A stretch of DNA of 64,000 nt from Methanocella sp. (GTDB lineage Archaea > Thermoproteota > Bathyarchaeia > Bathyarchaeales > Bathycorpusculaceae). Below the pieces are notes generated by a model. That model made no database searches. It was given only the letters and a program-made list of their open reading frames with translations, and was not told where the DNA came from. The position numbers were made by a program, and so were the translations under genes. Where the stretch lies: positions 1-64,000 of the forward strand of contig JBLNCY010000053.1 of assembly GCA_050261115.1 (NCBI GenBank), given 5' to 3'. Positions 10,426-18,102 of this stretch are shown here, piece by piece. The first letter of the stretch is position 1. Each line of letters begins with the position of its first letter.

Positions 10426-11337
10426 TTGTTTTTCGAAATTTTATTGATACTTTTGGTTTTCTTTGCGGTTTTGCTAGTTTCAGGCAATAATCTCTCTGCT
10501 TGTGTGGGGCCAGCTGTCGGCGCAAGAATTCTAACCAAACGCGCAGGTGCACTTCTTGGGGCAGGGGGCTTTGCTGCGGGGCTGCTTGTGCAGGGCTGGG
10601 GTATGACTGCGTCCGTAAACAATCTGCTCCCGGCGGCTTCTGAGCAGCTGATAGCCCAGATACTGGTTGCTGCTATCCTGATGTTTTTGCTTGCACATTT
10701 GGCTAGGGTGCCTTTGTCTTTGAGTATGTCACTTGTGGGGTTACTTGCCGGCGTGGGGGTGGCGCATAATTTTAACGGGCAAGCTTCCTACATAACATCT
10801 GTTGTAGCTATGTGGTTTATTGCACCCATAGCTGCCGGCGCCATAGCCTTCTACCTTATTCGGGTGATTAACAGGCAAAAGGTTACTAACATTTGGCGGC
10901 GCATCCGCATCTACAAGGTTTTGCTCATAGTGCTGGCGTTTACTTCAGCCTACACCTTAGGCGCCAACACCTTGGGGTTGATTGTTGCCACCGTCGGCTT
11001 TAACTTCTTATCGGTAGCTGCAGCGTTGATTGCGGTGTTTATCGGCGCCTTCTTCTTAGGCGAGGGAGCGGTGCGTCGGGTGGGCGAAGAATTCTATCTT
11101 ATGCGTTACTCAAATGCCACTGTGGCTTTAGCGGCCTCGACACTACTGGTGGAGATTGCGGCGTTACTAAACATTCCCTTATCCAACACGCAAGCCACAG
11201 CCGCTGCGGTCTTTGGTGCTGGCGTTTCCTACAAATCTAAATTCCTATCCCTAAGGCCTTATCTGATTATTGTCGCAGGGTGGGTGGTTGCGCCGCTGCT
11301 TAGTTTCGCTATTGGGTATCTTTTCATAAGCCCCTAA
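10426..11337 (+). CDS. Inorganic phosphate transporter, PiT family
   Basis: SGNNLSA and GANTLG repeats, IPLSNTQ, multiple TM helices. Confidence 0.8.
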   Translation: MFFEILLILLVFFAVLLVSGNNLSACVGPAVGARILTKRAGALLGAGGFAAGLLVQGWGMTASVNNLLPAASEQLIAQILVAAILMFLLAHLARVPLSLSMSLVGLLAGVGVAHNFNGQASYITSVVAMWFIAPIAAGAIAFYLIRVINRQKVTNIWRRIRIYKVLLIVLAFTSAYTLGANTLGLIVATVGFNFLSVAAALIAVFIGAFFLGEGAVRRVGEEFYLMRYSNATVALAASTLLVEIAALLNIPLSNTQATAAAVFGAGVSYKSKFLSLRPYLIIVAGWVVAPLLSFAIGYLFISP

Positions 11338-11442
11338 CTAAATGGGTTGTATTAAAACAGCAAACACGACTAATCCAAGACTGCTTCTTGAGATAATCCA
11401 GTTAATAACCATTTTATTTCAGCGCTTATTCTAGATTTATAG

Positions 11443-11841
11443 GTGAATTTTTTGGACCATACCGTAATTCATTTTGAAATCCCAGCAAATGATGTGGAAA
11501 AAATCAAAACCTTCTATACTAGCCTTTTTGGTTGGAAAATAGAGAAAGTACCTGGCGGCATGGAATACTATGTCATCACAACTGTGCCCGTGGACGAAAA
11601 AGGCAACCTCCTCCGACCAGGCGTAAACGGGGGCCTATACAAAAAAGACCAACCGCAACAGCAACCCGTGAACTACATCTATGTAGAATCCGTCGATGAA
11701 TACAGCAAAAAAGTTGAATCACTCGGCGGAAAAATCGTGGTTCCAAAGACGGAGGTTCAAGGCATGGGTTGGTTTGCGTTGGCTCAGGATCCAGAGGGCA
11801 ACACTTTTGGTATCTTCGAAATCCTGCCCACACAGCGCTAA
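11443..11841 (+). CDS. VOC / glyoxalase family protein
   Basis: HFEIPA...FYTSLFGW...GVNGG...DPEGNTFG. Confidence 0.85.
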   Translation: MNFLDHTVIHFEIPANDVEKIKTFYTSLFGWKIEKVPGGMEYYVITTVPVDEKGNLLRPGVNGGLYKKDQPQQQPVNYIYVESVDEYSKKVESLGGKIVVPKTEVQGMGWFALAQDPEGNTFGIFEILPTQR

Positions 11842-11885
11842 AACAAAGAAAACACCAATGCCACCCGGAGCAGAATAGCGCAAGG

Positions 11886-11937
11886 TCATTGTCTTCTATA
11901 CATAAGGGAAGGGGAGGCCTTGGCAAAGCAAAGACTC
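11886..11937 (+). repeat. Dispersed intergenic repeat, copy 1
   Basis: TTGTCTTCTATACATAAGGGAAGGGGAGGCCTTGGCAAAGCAAAGAC aligns with copies at ~31945, ~37322 (reverse) and ~42184. Confidence 0.55.
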
Positions 11938-11989
11938 AACCCAGCAAAAAATAGCCTACGCCACTGTTTTTGTGAGCCTTAAAGCAGGG

Positions 11990-12415
11990 TTAGCGGCGGT
12001 GCAAGTGCTCCTTCATTAGGCACTTATCCATAACCACAACCAAGCCCGCTTGCCTCGCTTTCTCAGCCGCGCCCTCATTAACGATGTCTTGCTGCATCCA
12101 AACCACAAAGGGCCGCCCAGTCCTTTGCTTAAGCTCGATAACCTGGTCTACGATTGGCGGCACGTCTTCGCTTTTACGAAAAATATCGACTACATCAATG
12201 GTGGCCTGTATCTGGGGTGGTACATCGAGAAGGCTTTTGTAGCTTTTTTCTCCAAACAGTTCGGTTATGTTGGGGTTGATTGGTATTATTTTGTAGCCAT
12301 GTTGTTTTAGGTATGCTGCGACACGGTGGCTGGGTTTGCCTATCGTGTTTGATGCGCCCACGATTGCAATTACCCTGTATTTGTTGAGGATTTCCGTTAC
12401 TTGTTCTTCGCTCAA
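11990..12415 (-). CDS. CoA-binding protein (YccU-like)
   Basis: IAIVGAS, GYKIIPINP, IDVVDIFRKSE, VWMQ, VVMDKC. Confidence 0.88.
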   Translation of the reverse strand: MSEEQVTEILNKYRVIAIVGASNTIGKPSHRVAAYLKQHGYKIIPINPNITELFGEKSYKSLLDVPPQIQATIDVVDIFRKSEDVPPIVDQVIELKQRTGRPFVVWMQQDIVNEGAAEKARQAGLVVVMDKCLMKEHLHRR

Positions 12416-12517
12416 GGCTCATCTCCAATACTCTAAGTGCCTGCTTATTATTAAAATCAAAACTATCCATCCCTGCGTGAGAGAAAGAGTTGCCTATTGG
12501 CTCCGTGCACCTACCAG

Positions 12518-12898
12518 TCAGCGGCGGCAGAAGTAGCAGTTTCCAGCCCACCTTTCAGAGAACTCACTTTGACACTTAGGGCACATTAGGCCCTTTTCGC
12601 GGATTGCGGCGCAGGTTTTGCAGAAAAGCTCCATTACACCCTCGCGGTTATCTGGTTCCTTGATGAGTTGGAGGATCATGTCGTCGATTAGTGATATGAT
12701 GTCGGGGCTGTTTTCTATGGATACTAGGTTGCTGCCGCGTTCTCGGCTTATGTAGCGGCTTACTGCGGATTGTGTGAGGCCTAATAGGTGGGCGGTTTGT
12801 TTTTCGTTGTAGCCGTGTTTTTGGACTATGGTGCGTGCCATTATGGCTTTGACGGCTGGCAGTACGTTTTTTACTCCTACTTCACAGGGCAGTATCAA
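12518..12898 (-). CDS. HTH transcriptional regulator with Cys-rich C-terminus (COG2522-like)
   Basis: LPCE, AHLLGLTQSAVSRY HTH, three C-terminal CxxC motifs. Confidence 0.75.
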   Translation of the reverse strand: MILPCEVGVKNVLPAVKAIMARTIVQKHGYNEKQTAHLLGLTQSAVSRYISRERGSNLVSIENSPDIISLIDDMILQLIKEPDNREGVMELFCKTCAAIREKGLMCPKCQSEFSERWAGNCYFCRR

Positions 12899-12944
12899 GT
12901 TCTCACCTGATTATTACCTTTTGTGGGGGGTAATTTATTTAAGT

Positions 12945-12977
12945 ATGACGGCTGTCATGAATTATGACGCGTGTCAA
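12945..12977. promoter_or_regulatory. Tandem palindromic operator TGAC-N4-GTCA x2
   Basis: ATGACGGCTGTCAT (12945-12958) and ATGACGCGTGTCAA (12964-12977) between two divergent regulator genes. Confidence 0.6.
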
Positions 12978-13055
12978 GACGGGGCCTAGTCAACCAACAC
13001 AAAGCAGCACCAACCACAACTCTTCCTCACCTTGACACACGTAAGGAGAACAAAC

Positions 13056-13994
13056 ATGACCAACGTCCTCCAAACCTCCCACAATGGCACCAAACGCAGC
13101 CTCACACTTTCGCCAAACGCCCTCGACGCCCAATGCCGCAACTGCGCACCTACCTCACCACTCGAATGCATAAACCGCTGCCAAGTCTACAAACTAAAAA
13201 ACGAACTCCGAACCTTAAGAGAACAAATGAACAACCCAAATTATAAAAAAGAACTGCATAACACCCTAAAAAATCAAACCCGTTTTCAAATATTAACCGC
13301 AATAACCGAAGGCCGATACTCCGTTACACAACTCCAGCAGGAACTCAAAAAGAAAGGGCACATTCACAGCCAAGAAACCATAAATGAAGAGTACCTGCAA
13401 CCCCTATTACATGTTGGATTAGCAAACGAAGCAAGAGAAGAATACTACGTGACCAACTTTGGCGGGTGCATAAGCAAAATTTTGAGTGCCTTTCCAGACT
13501 TTGCAAAAGTTCTTCCGGCGCACTCCGAATGCTACGAGGAACTGCTGCTAAAGGCGCTCCTGGTCGGCCCAAAAACTTTCCAGGACATAGAAACCGTCAT
13601 TCCACCCAAAATAGCATCCAGAATCCTAAAGCGGCTACGCACGGTTGGATTAATAGAGACACCAATCGAGCGCGACTACATCTTCTTTTTCAGAACCAAG
13701 CGGGACCCAAACAAAGAAACCTTCAACGAAACTGAACGCAAAGTCTACGATACAATCCCCGACCAAGGCATATCCGCAGGAAAACTCGCTAAACAAACTG
13801 GTCTCTCGATGCGGCGAACCTACAAATACATAAGGGGCTTGAAAGGCAAAAAATTGGTGTTCCTACGGCGAACACCTAAAGCTTATGGCTTGACCGATAG
13901 AGGCGAACAGCTAGCAACTGTTCTGGAAGAGCTCGAGCAAATTGTAGAGAAAACAAAGGGTTTTTCACAGCAGATTTTTAACGTCCCGCAGTGA
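13056..13994 (+). CDS. Multi-winged-helix protein with N-terminal four-Cys motif
   Basis: CRNC-x7-CINRC followed by several wHTH-like segments; AAGGAG SD before ATG 13056. Confidence 0.65.
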   Translation: MTNVLQTSHNGTKRSLTLSPNALDAQCRNCAPTSPLECINRCQVYKLKNELRTLREQMNNPNYKKELHNTLKNQTRFQILTAITEGRYSVTQLQQELKKKGHIHSQETINEEYLQPLLHVGLANEAREEYYVTNFGGCISKILSAFPDFAKVLPAHSECYEELLLKALLVGPKTFQDIETVIPPKIASRILKRLRTVGLIETPIERDYIFFFRTKRDPNKETFNETERKVYDTIPDQGISAGKLAKQTGLSMRRTYKYIRGLKGKKLVFLRRTPKAYGLTDRGEQLATVLEELEQIVEKTKGFSQQIFNVPQ

Positions 13995-14013
13995 AGACCC
14001 CCATCTTCCTTTT

Positions 14014-14508
14014 TTATTCACCTGGTGCGCCATGGAATGGTGAGCCTGCCCAAAGCATATCCCACCAATCATCCTCAGTTATCGTTTCAGCTTTAACGAC
14101 GGTTTCAAGAGTCATCTTAAGCATCGCGTGGTGACGGATTTCGTCCTCCAAGATTGCTTTGAGCAGAAAAACTACCTTTTCGTTTTGGATTTGTGGGATT
14201 TTCTCTTTGAGTTTTTTTATAAGAGCGGATTCGATTTCGATGTGTTTCTCTATGAGCGCTCGGTGCTCGTCGAGGTCAGCTTGAGCTAATGCTGTGGGCG
14301 TACTTGTTAGGAGTGTTATTGCCGAGGTGTAGAGGTCTGCATGTTTCAATGAATCAAGGGAAACCCCTTTAAGCACCCCTTTAACGGCAGGGTTTTTCAT
14401 GTCAACAAGAGCTTTCTCTAATGACTCTACAATTCCTTTCTCGACGGTAATTTGATTTTTTAAAAACTCTATCAAGGCATCATCTGTTTTTTCCAAAATT
14501 TTCCCCAT
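14014..14508 (-). CDS. Ferritin-like (rubrerythrin-type) domain protein
   Basis: DSLKH and EDEIRHH diiron-type motifs. Confidence 0.75.
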   Translation of the reverse strand: MGKILEKTDDALIEFLKNQITVEKGIVESLEKALVDMKNPAVKGVLKGVSLDSLKHADLYTSAITLLTSTPTALAQADLDEHRALIEKHIEIESALIKKLKEKIPQIQNEKVVFLLKAILEDEIRHHAMLKMTLETVVKAETITEDDWWDMLWAGSPFHGAPGE

Positions 14509-14517
14509 CCGCTTATG

Positions 14518-14961
14518 TTAAGGCTGATTTTTCAATGTTTCGGCAATCCTTCTGCCGAGATCAATACAGGCGTCTAACACCGCCTTATCAGGAATATACT
14601 TTGCAAGCAGGGGCAACTCAGAAACAACCATGCCCAAGGCCTGCATTAACTCAACTACTTGTGCCGGGGCAGTCCCATCCCAGCCATAGGAGCCAAATGC
14701 TGCACCGATTTTTCCCTTTAGGTTTATGCCTTTTTCGGCTGCTTCTTGGAAGAGGTTTTTAAAGTCGATGGGCATCTCTTTGCGATATGTTGGTGCTCCA
14801 ACGAGTATGGCATCGTAACCCGCCAACTCCGAGGCGCCATCCAAATGATACGTCAAATCTACAACGGTATCATTGACGCCCTGTGCGCCTTCCATAACCG
14901 CCTTAGCCATCTTTTCAGTGTTTCCACTGCGACTGTAATACAAAACAAGTACTTTCTTCAT
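14518..14961 (-). CDS. Flavodoxin-domain protein
   Basis: YYSRSGNTEKMA, GAPTY, AFGSYGW; start moved to ATG 14961. Confidence 0.85.
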   Translation of the reverse strand: MKKVLVLYYSRSGNTEKMAKAVMEGAQGVNDTVVDLTYHLDGASELAGYDAILVGAPTYRKEMPIDFKNLFQEAAEKGINLKGKIGAAFGSYGWDGTAPAQVVELMQALGMVVSELPLLAKYIPDKAVLDACIDLGRRIAETLKNQP

Positions 14962-15034
14962 ACCAAAAATAGCGCATAAAAATATTTCAAGCTTTGCGTA
15001 GCTTGCCCTGAGTTGTTGACCAAAAAGATGTGGT

Positions 15035-15271
15035 TTACTTGTTACCGTTAACTCGCTTATTACGCCTGCTCTTGCTGCTCCTACTTTCGCCTCCCTTACG
15101 TCCAATCTCCCTGTAGAATTCAGAGCCGCGCTGCTCCGCAACCCGTTCTCCGCCTTTTTTGCCTATTTGTCGGAAGAATTCAGGTCCTCGCTCGCGGGCC
15201 ACTTTTTCGCCGCCTATTCTGCCGGCTTCTTGGCGGGTTAACTTTTTTTTCGTTGTGCCTTTTACTGCCAA
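15035..15271 (-). CDS. KGG-repeat general stress protein (GsiB/Em-like)
   Basis: EAGRIGG, EFFRQIGKKGG, EFYREIGRKGG repeats; GGAGGTGA SD. Confidence 0.85.
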   Translation of the reverse strand: MAVKGTTKKKLTRQEAGRIGGEKVARERGPEFFRQIGKKGGERVAEQRGSEFYREIGRKGGESRSSKSRRNKRVNGNK

Positions 15272-15308
15272 TAATTCACCTCCAGAACTAACGATACTTA
15301 CAAAGAGG

Positions 15309-15587
15309 TTACTTGATTTTGCCTATCTCTTTGGTTATGTCAATAGGTGACGTGTATGTTTTATCGGGAAGCTTGTTGATTACGTTCATAACGTCCTCGG
15401 GCGCGTTTTTGCTTTGAGCGCTATTTACTAGTTTTTCCTTCTCTGCAGGATAATGCATACCCGCCAGATACTTCTCTACGATTGCGGGGCTAACACGTCC
15501 TTCTCTGCCGCTTCGGTTGGTATATTGTCTTCTCTCGCCTTTGCCTTGTCCTATGCCTTTTCTGCGCATAGTTGTTGTTTCACTCAT
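15309..15587 (-). CDS. DUF2795 family protein
   Basis: VSPAIVEKYLAGMHYPAEKEKL...LPDKTYTSPIDI; GGAGGTG SD. Confidence 0.85.
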   Translation of the reverse strand: MSETTTMRRKGIGQGKGERRQYTNRSGREGRVSPAIVEKYLAGMHYPAEKEKLVNSAQSKNAPEDVMNVINKLPDKTYTSPIDITKEIGKIK

Positions 15588-15655
15588 AATATTCCACCTC
15601 CAGATGAATGGTTAAAATAAGAAATTGTGGAGAAGAAAAGAACACACTTAATGTT

Positions 15656-15823
15656 TTATTCTTGTTCGTGTTCTTTTCCTTCTTCGATTAGTTTCTTTAC
15701 CTTCTGACCGCCTTTGTGGCCGATTTCACTGTAGAATTCTTCGCCATGGGTTTCCGCGGTTTTCTCTCCGCCCATGCGGCCTGCTTCTTCAACGGTCATT
15801 TTCCCTTTCTTTTTTTCCGACAT
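15656..15823 (-). CDS. KGG/Em-like stress protein, 55 aa (absent from the ORF track)
   Basis: MSEKKKGKMTVEEAGRMGGEKTAETHGEEFYSEIGHKGGQKVKKLIEEGKEHEQE; GGAGGTGA SD; paralogue of its neighbours. Confidence 0.88.
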   Translation of the reverse strand: MSEKKKGKMTVEEAGRMGGEKTAETHGEEFYSEIGHKGGQKVKKLIEEGKEHEQE

Positions 15824-15872
15824 GCAAGTTCACCTCCATTAAAACACGGTTTCAAAAACACGTTTTAGGGAA

Positions 15873-16058
15873 CTATTCTTCTTCATGCTCTTTTCCTTCC
15901 TGAATTAGACGTCGGACTTTTTGCCCACCTTTATGTCCGATTTCCTCGTAGAATTCTCTGCCATGAGTTTCAGCGGTTCTTCGCCCACCTTTTTGACCAC
16001 CCATGCGTCCAGCCTCTTCTACAGTCATTGTTCCCTTCCTCCGTTCATCAGCCAACAA
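15873..16058 (-). CDS. KGG/Em-like stress protein
   Basis: MTVEEAGRMGG...THGREFYEEIGHKGGQKVRRLIQEGK; SD present. Confidence 0.88.
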   Translation of the reverse strand: MLADERRKGTMTVEEAGRMGGQKGGRRTAETHGREFYEEIGHKGGQKVRRLIQEGKEHEEE

Positions 16059-16116
16059 AATTCACCTCCTATCAAAAAACATGTTAAGTATGGGTTTTAG
16101 GGTGGAATGAGAGGTT

Positions 16117-16368
16117 CTATTCTTGTTCGTGTTCCTTTCCTTCTTCGATTAGCTTTCTTACGCGCTGGCCCCCTTTGTGTCCTGCTTCTTCTAGGCTTGT
16201 TTTTCCTTCGGCTTCTGCGGTGCCTTCATGTTGTTTAGCGCGTTCGGATCCGCCTTTGCTGCCGATTTCACTATAGAATTCTGGACCGTGGGTTTCAGAG
16301 GTTTTTTCACCTCCCATTCTACCAGCCTCTTCAACGGTCATTTTTCCTTTCTTTTTATCTTCGCTCAA
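16117..16368 (-). CDS. KGG/Em-like stress protein
   Basis: MTVEEAGRMGG, EFYSEIGSKGG, EEAGHKGGQRV; SD present. Confidence 0.88.
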   Translation of the reverse strand: MSEDKKKGKMTVEEAGRMGGEKTSETHGPEFYSEIGSKGGSERAKQHEGTAEAEGKTSLEEAGHKGGQRVRKLIEEGKEHEQE

Positions 16369-16432
16369 TCATTTCACCTCCAAAAAAAGTTAACAGGTCG
16401 CTTCGTCTGCAATGTCCTAGCCCAAAACAATC

Positions 16433-16468
16433 CTCTTAAACATATGTGGCTGTTAAAACACAGCAACA
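16433..16468 (-). promoter_or_regulatory. Shared stress-cluster promoter A (palindrome plus TATA-like TTTAAG)
   Basis: 26/36 ungapped identity to 17213-17248; imperfect palindrome TGTGGCTGT-N6-ACAGCAACA. Confidence 0.6.
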
Positions 16469-16559
16469 CCAAAACTATATGACCTGTAATTTAGGGAGCC
16501 ATTAGGGAGCCAAATAATGAAACGACAAAAATAGGAAACAAGAAAATACAGGGTAAGTT

Positions 16560-16751
16560 TTATTCTTCCTCGTGGGCTTTTCCTTCCTGTATTAGTTTTC
16601 TTACACGTTGACCCCCTTTGGGGCCACCGATGCGTCCACCTTTTCGGCCGATTTCACTGTAGAATTCTTCGCCATGAGTCGAAGAAGTCTTTAAACCGCC
16701 TAGTCTTCCTGCCTCGGCAACAGTCATTTTGCCTCTTTTTTCTTCGTCCAA
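16560..16751 (-). CDS. KGG/Em-like stress protein
   Basis: MTVAEAGRLGG, EFYSEIGRKGG; start set to TTG 16751, downstream of GGAGGTG. Confidence 0.85.
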   Translation of the reverse strand: MDEEKRGKMTVAEAGRLGGLKTSSTHGEEFYSEIGRKGGRIGGPKGGQRVRKLIQEGKAHEEE

Positions 16752-16834
16752 TGTTGTTTCCACCTCCACAAAGTGTTAATTTAGTTTTTTCGTTTATTAT
16801 GAAAAAATAGCGTTTAAGAAAAATTGGTAATTTT

Positions 16835-17155
16835 TTATTCGGTTTCGTGTTTCTTCCCGGCTTGGATCAACCGGCGAACTTTTTGGCCTCCTCTGTGTCC
16901 GGCTTCTTCTAGGCTTGTTTTTCCTTTGGCTTCTGCGGTGCCTTCGTGTTGTTTAGCGCGTTCGGACCCGCCTTTGCTACCGATTTGGCTGTAGAATTCT
17001 GGGCCTCGCTCTGCGGAGACTTTCTCGCCTCCTTTGCGTCCGATTTCCTCGTAGAATTCACGTCCGTGTGTTGCGGCAGTCTTTTGTCCGCCTTTTCTTC
17101 CTGCTTCGGCAACGGTCATTTTGCCCTTTCTTGCTTCTTCAGTTCTTGTACTCAA
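16835..17155 (-). CDS. KGG/Em-like stress protein (longest paralogue)
   Basis: Four (K/R)GG repeats; TTG 17155 downstream of GGAGGTGA. Confidence 0.88.
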   Translation of the reverse strand: MSTRTEEARKGKMTVAEAGRKGGQKTAATHGREFYEEIGRKGGEKVSAERGPEFYSQIGSKGGSERAKQHEGTAEAKGKTSLEEAGHRGGQKVRRLIQAGKKHETE

Positions 17156-17212
17156 AAAATTCACCTCCTACTAAACTACGGAAAAGTCTTCAAGATATGT
17201 GCCGAACTACCG

Positions 17213-17248
17213 CTCATAAACATATGTTGTTGTCGTATGGCAGTAACA
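17213..17248 (-). promoter_or_regulatory. Shared stress-cluster promoter B (palindrome plus TATA-like TTTATG)
   Basis: Aligns with 16433-16468; imperfect 24-bp palindrome at 17225-17248. Confidence 0.6.
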
Positions 17249-17464
17249 TGCGAACTGTGCCACAGAAAACTGTTAGCTATATGGATGGATTAGACATAAA
17301 TCAGCTAATAGACCGGGGTACTATAGATATATTGGGGCATATTTTGCGACTTATCTGGGGGCCCATCTTGCTGTTGATCCGCAAAACTACAAAGCGAAAA
17401 ACCGTTCGAACTGTTAAATAAAATTTTGAATTAAAACCTGATTGGGAGGGGTTTGAGCGCGCTT

Positions 17465-17887
17465 TTAGCCGCCCTTGGCTATTATTGCGCTTTCTAGGAA
17501 CAGGTATGAGAGCAACACAAAAGTTACGCCGACCACCAGCAGCATATAGGCCTGTCTGGGTTTAGTGGCATTCCTTGCGCTCTGGTAGAGTGCCAGCATA
17601 CCGATAAATCCCATTATGTAGAGGGACGACGCTATGATTGTGTCAGATACAAACTGGTAGCTTAGACCTGGGTAGAGGAAGTAGAAGGCTCCAGTTCTTT
17701 CGTCAAAGAAGGATGGAATGGGCTGCTCGATAAGGGTGTATAAGCCGCCTCCGAAGAGGAAAATCGCATAAGCCATGCCAAGCACCGTGACAACGGTTAT
17801 TGTCGGCGCGTTCATGGTAACTTTGCGGAGCCATCTGCTAAGCGAAAATGAAACCTTCTCTGAACTCTTCTTTATTTTACCTGACAT
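17465..17887 (-). CDS. OSTC/DC2 (OST3/OST6-family)-like three-TM membrane protein
   Basis: FLFGGGLYTLIEQP, QFVSDTIIASSLYIMGFIG and LLVVGVTFVLLSY resemble recalled eukaryotic DC2 segments. Confidence 0.6.
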   Translation of the reverse strand: MSGKIKKSSEKVSFSLSRWLRKVTMNAPTITVVTVLGMAYAIFLFGGGLYTLIEQPIPSFFDERTGAFYFLYPGLSYQFVSDTIIASSLYIMGFIGMLALYQSARNATKPRQAYMLLVVGVTFVLLSYLFLESAIIAKGG

Positions 17888-18102
17888 TACTGTTCCTCTT
17901 CCTCAATTAGGTACTTTGCTACTTCTTTAGCCCATACTCCAGTTAATGAATTTTTCTGAATCTCACCTAAATATTGGCTCCAGCTGACGTCTGTTGCTTT
18001 TTGCCAAACCTGGAATTTCTCAACTAAATTCTCATACGCCTTATGATGCACCGTGCAAAAGCCGCCTTTTTGGCTGTCTCTGCTGCAGACCTTACATTTC
18101 AA
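17887..18102 (-). CDS. Small zinc-finger protein
   Basis: CKVC...FCTVH; overlaps the topA stop and the next start. Confidence 0.7.
   Translation of the reverse strand: MKCKVCSRDSQKGGFCTVHHKAYENLVEKFQVWQKATDVSWSQYLGEIQKNSLTGVWAKEVAKYLIEEEEQ

Noticed and set aside
14962-15141. N-terminal extension of the flavodoxin
   Set aside because: It overlaps the KGG gene, and the fold starts at MKKVLV (14961).
15035-17164. Repeated nucleotide motifs resembling a CRISPR array
   Set aside because: They are codon-level repeats of paralogous KGG proteins, with no constant repeat-spacer period and no cas genes.
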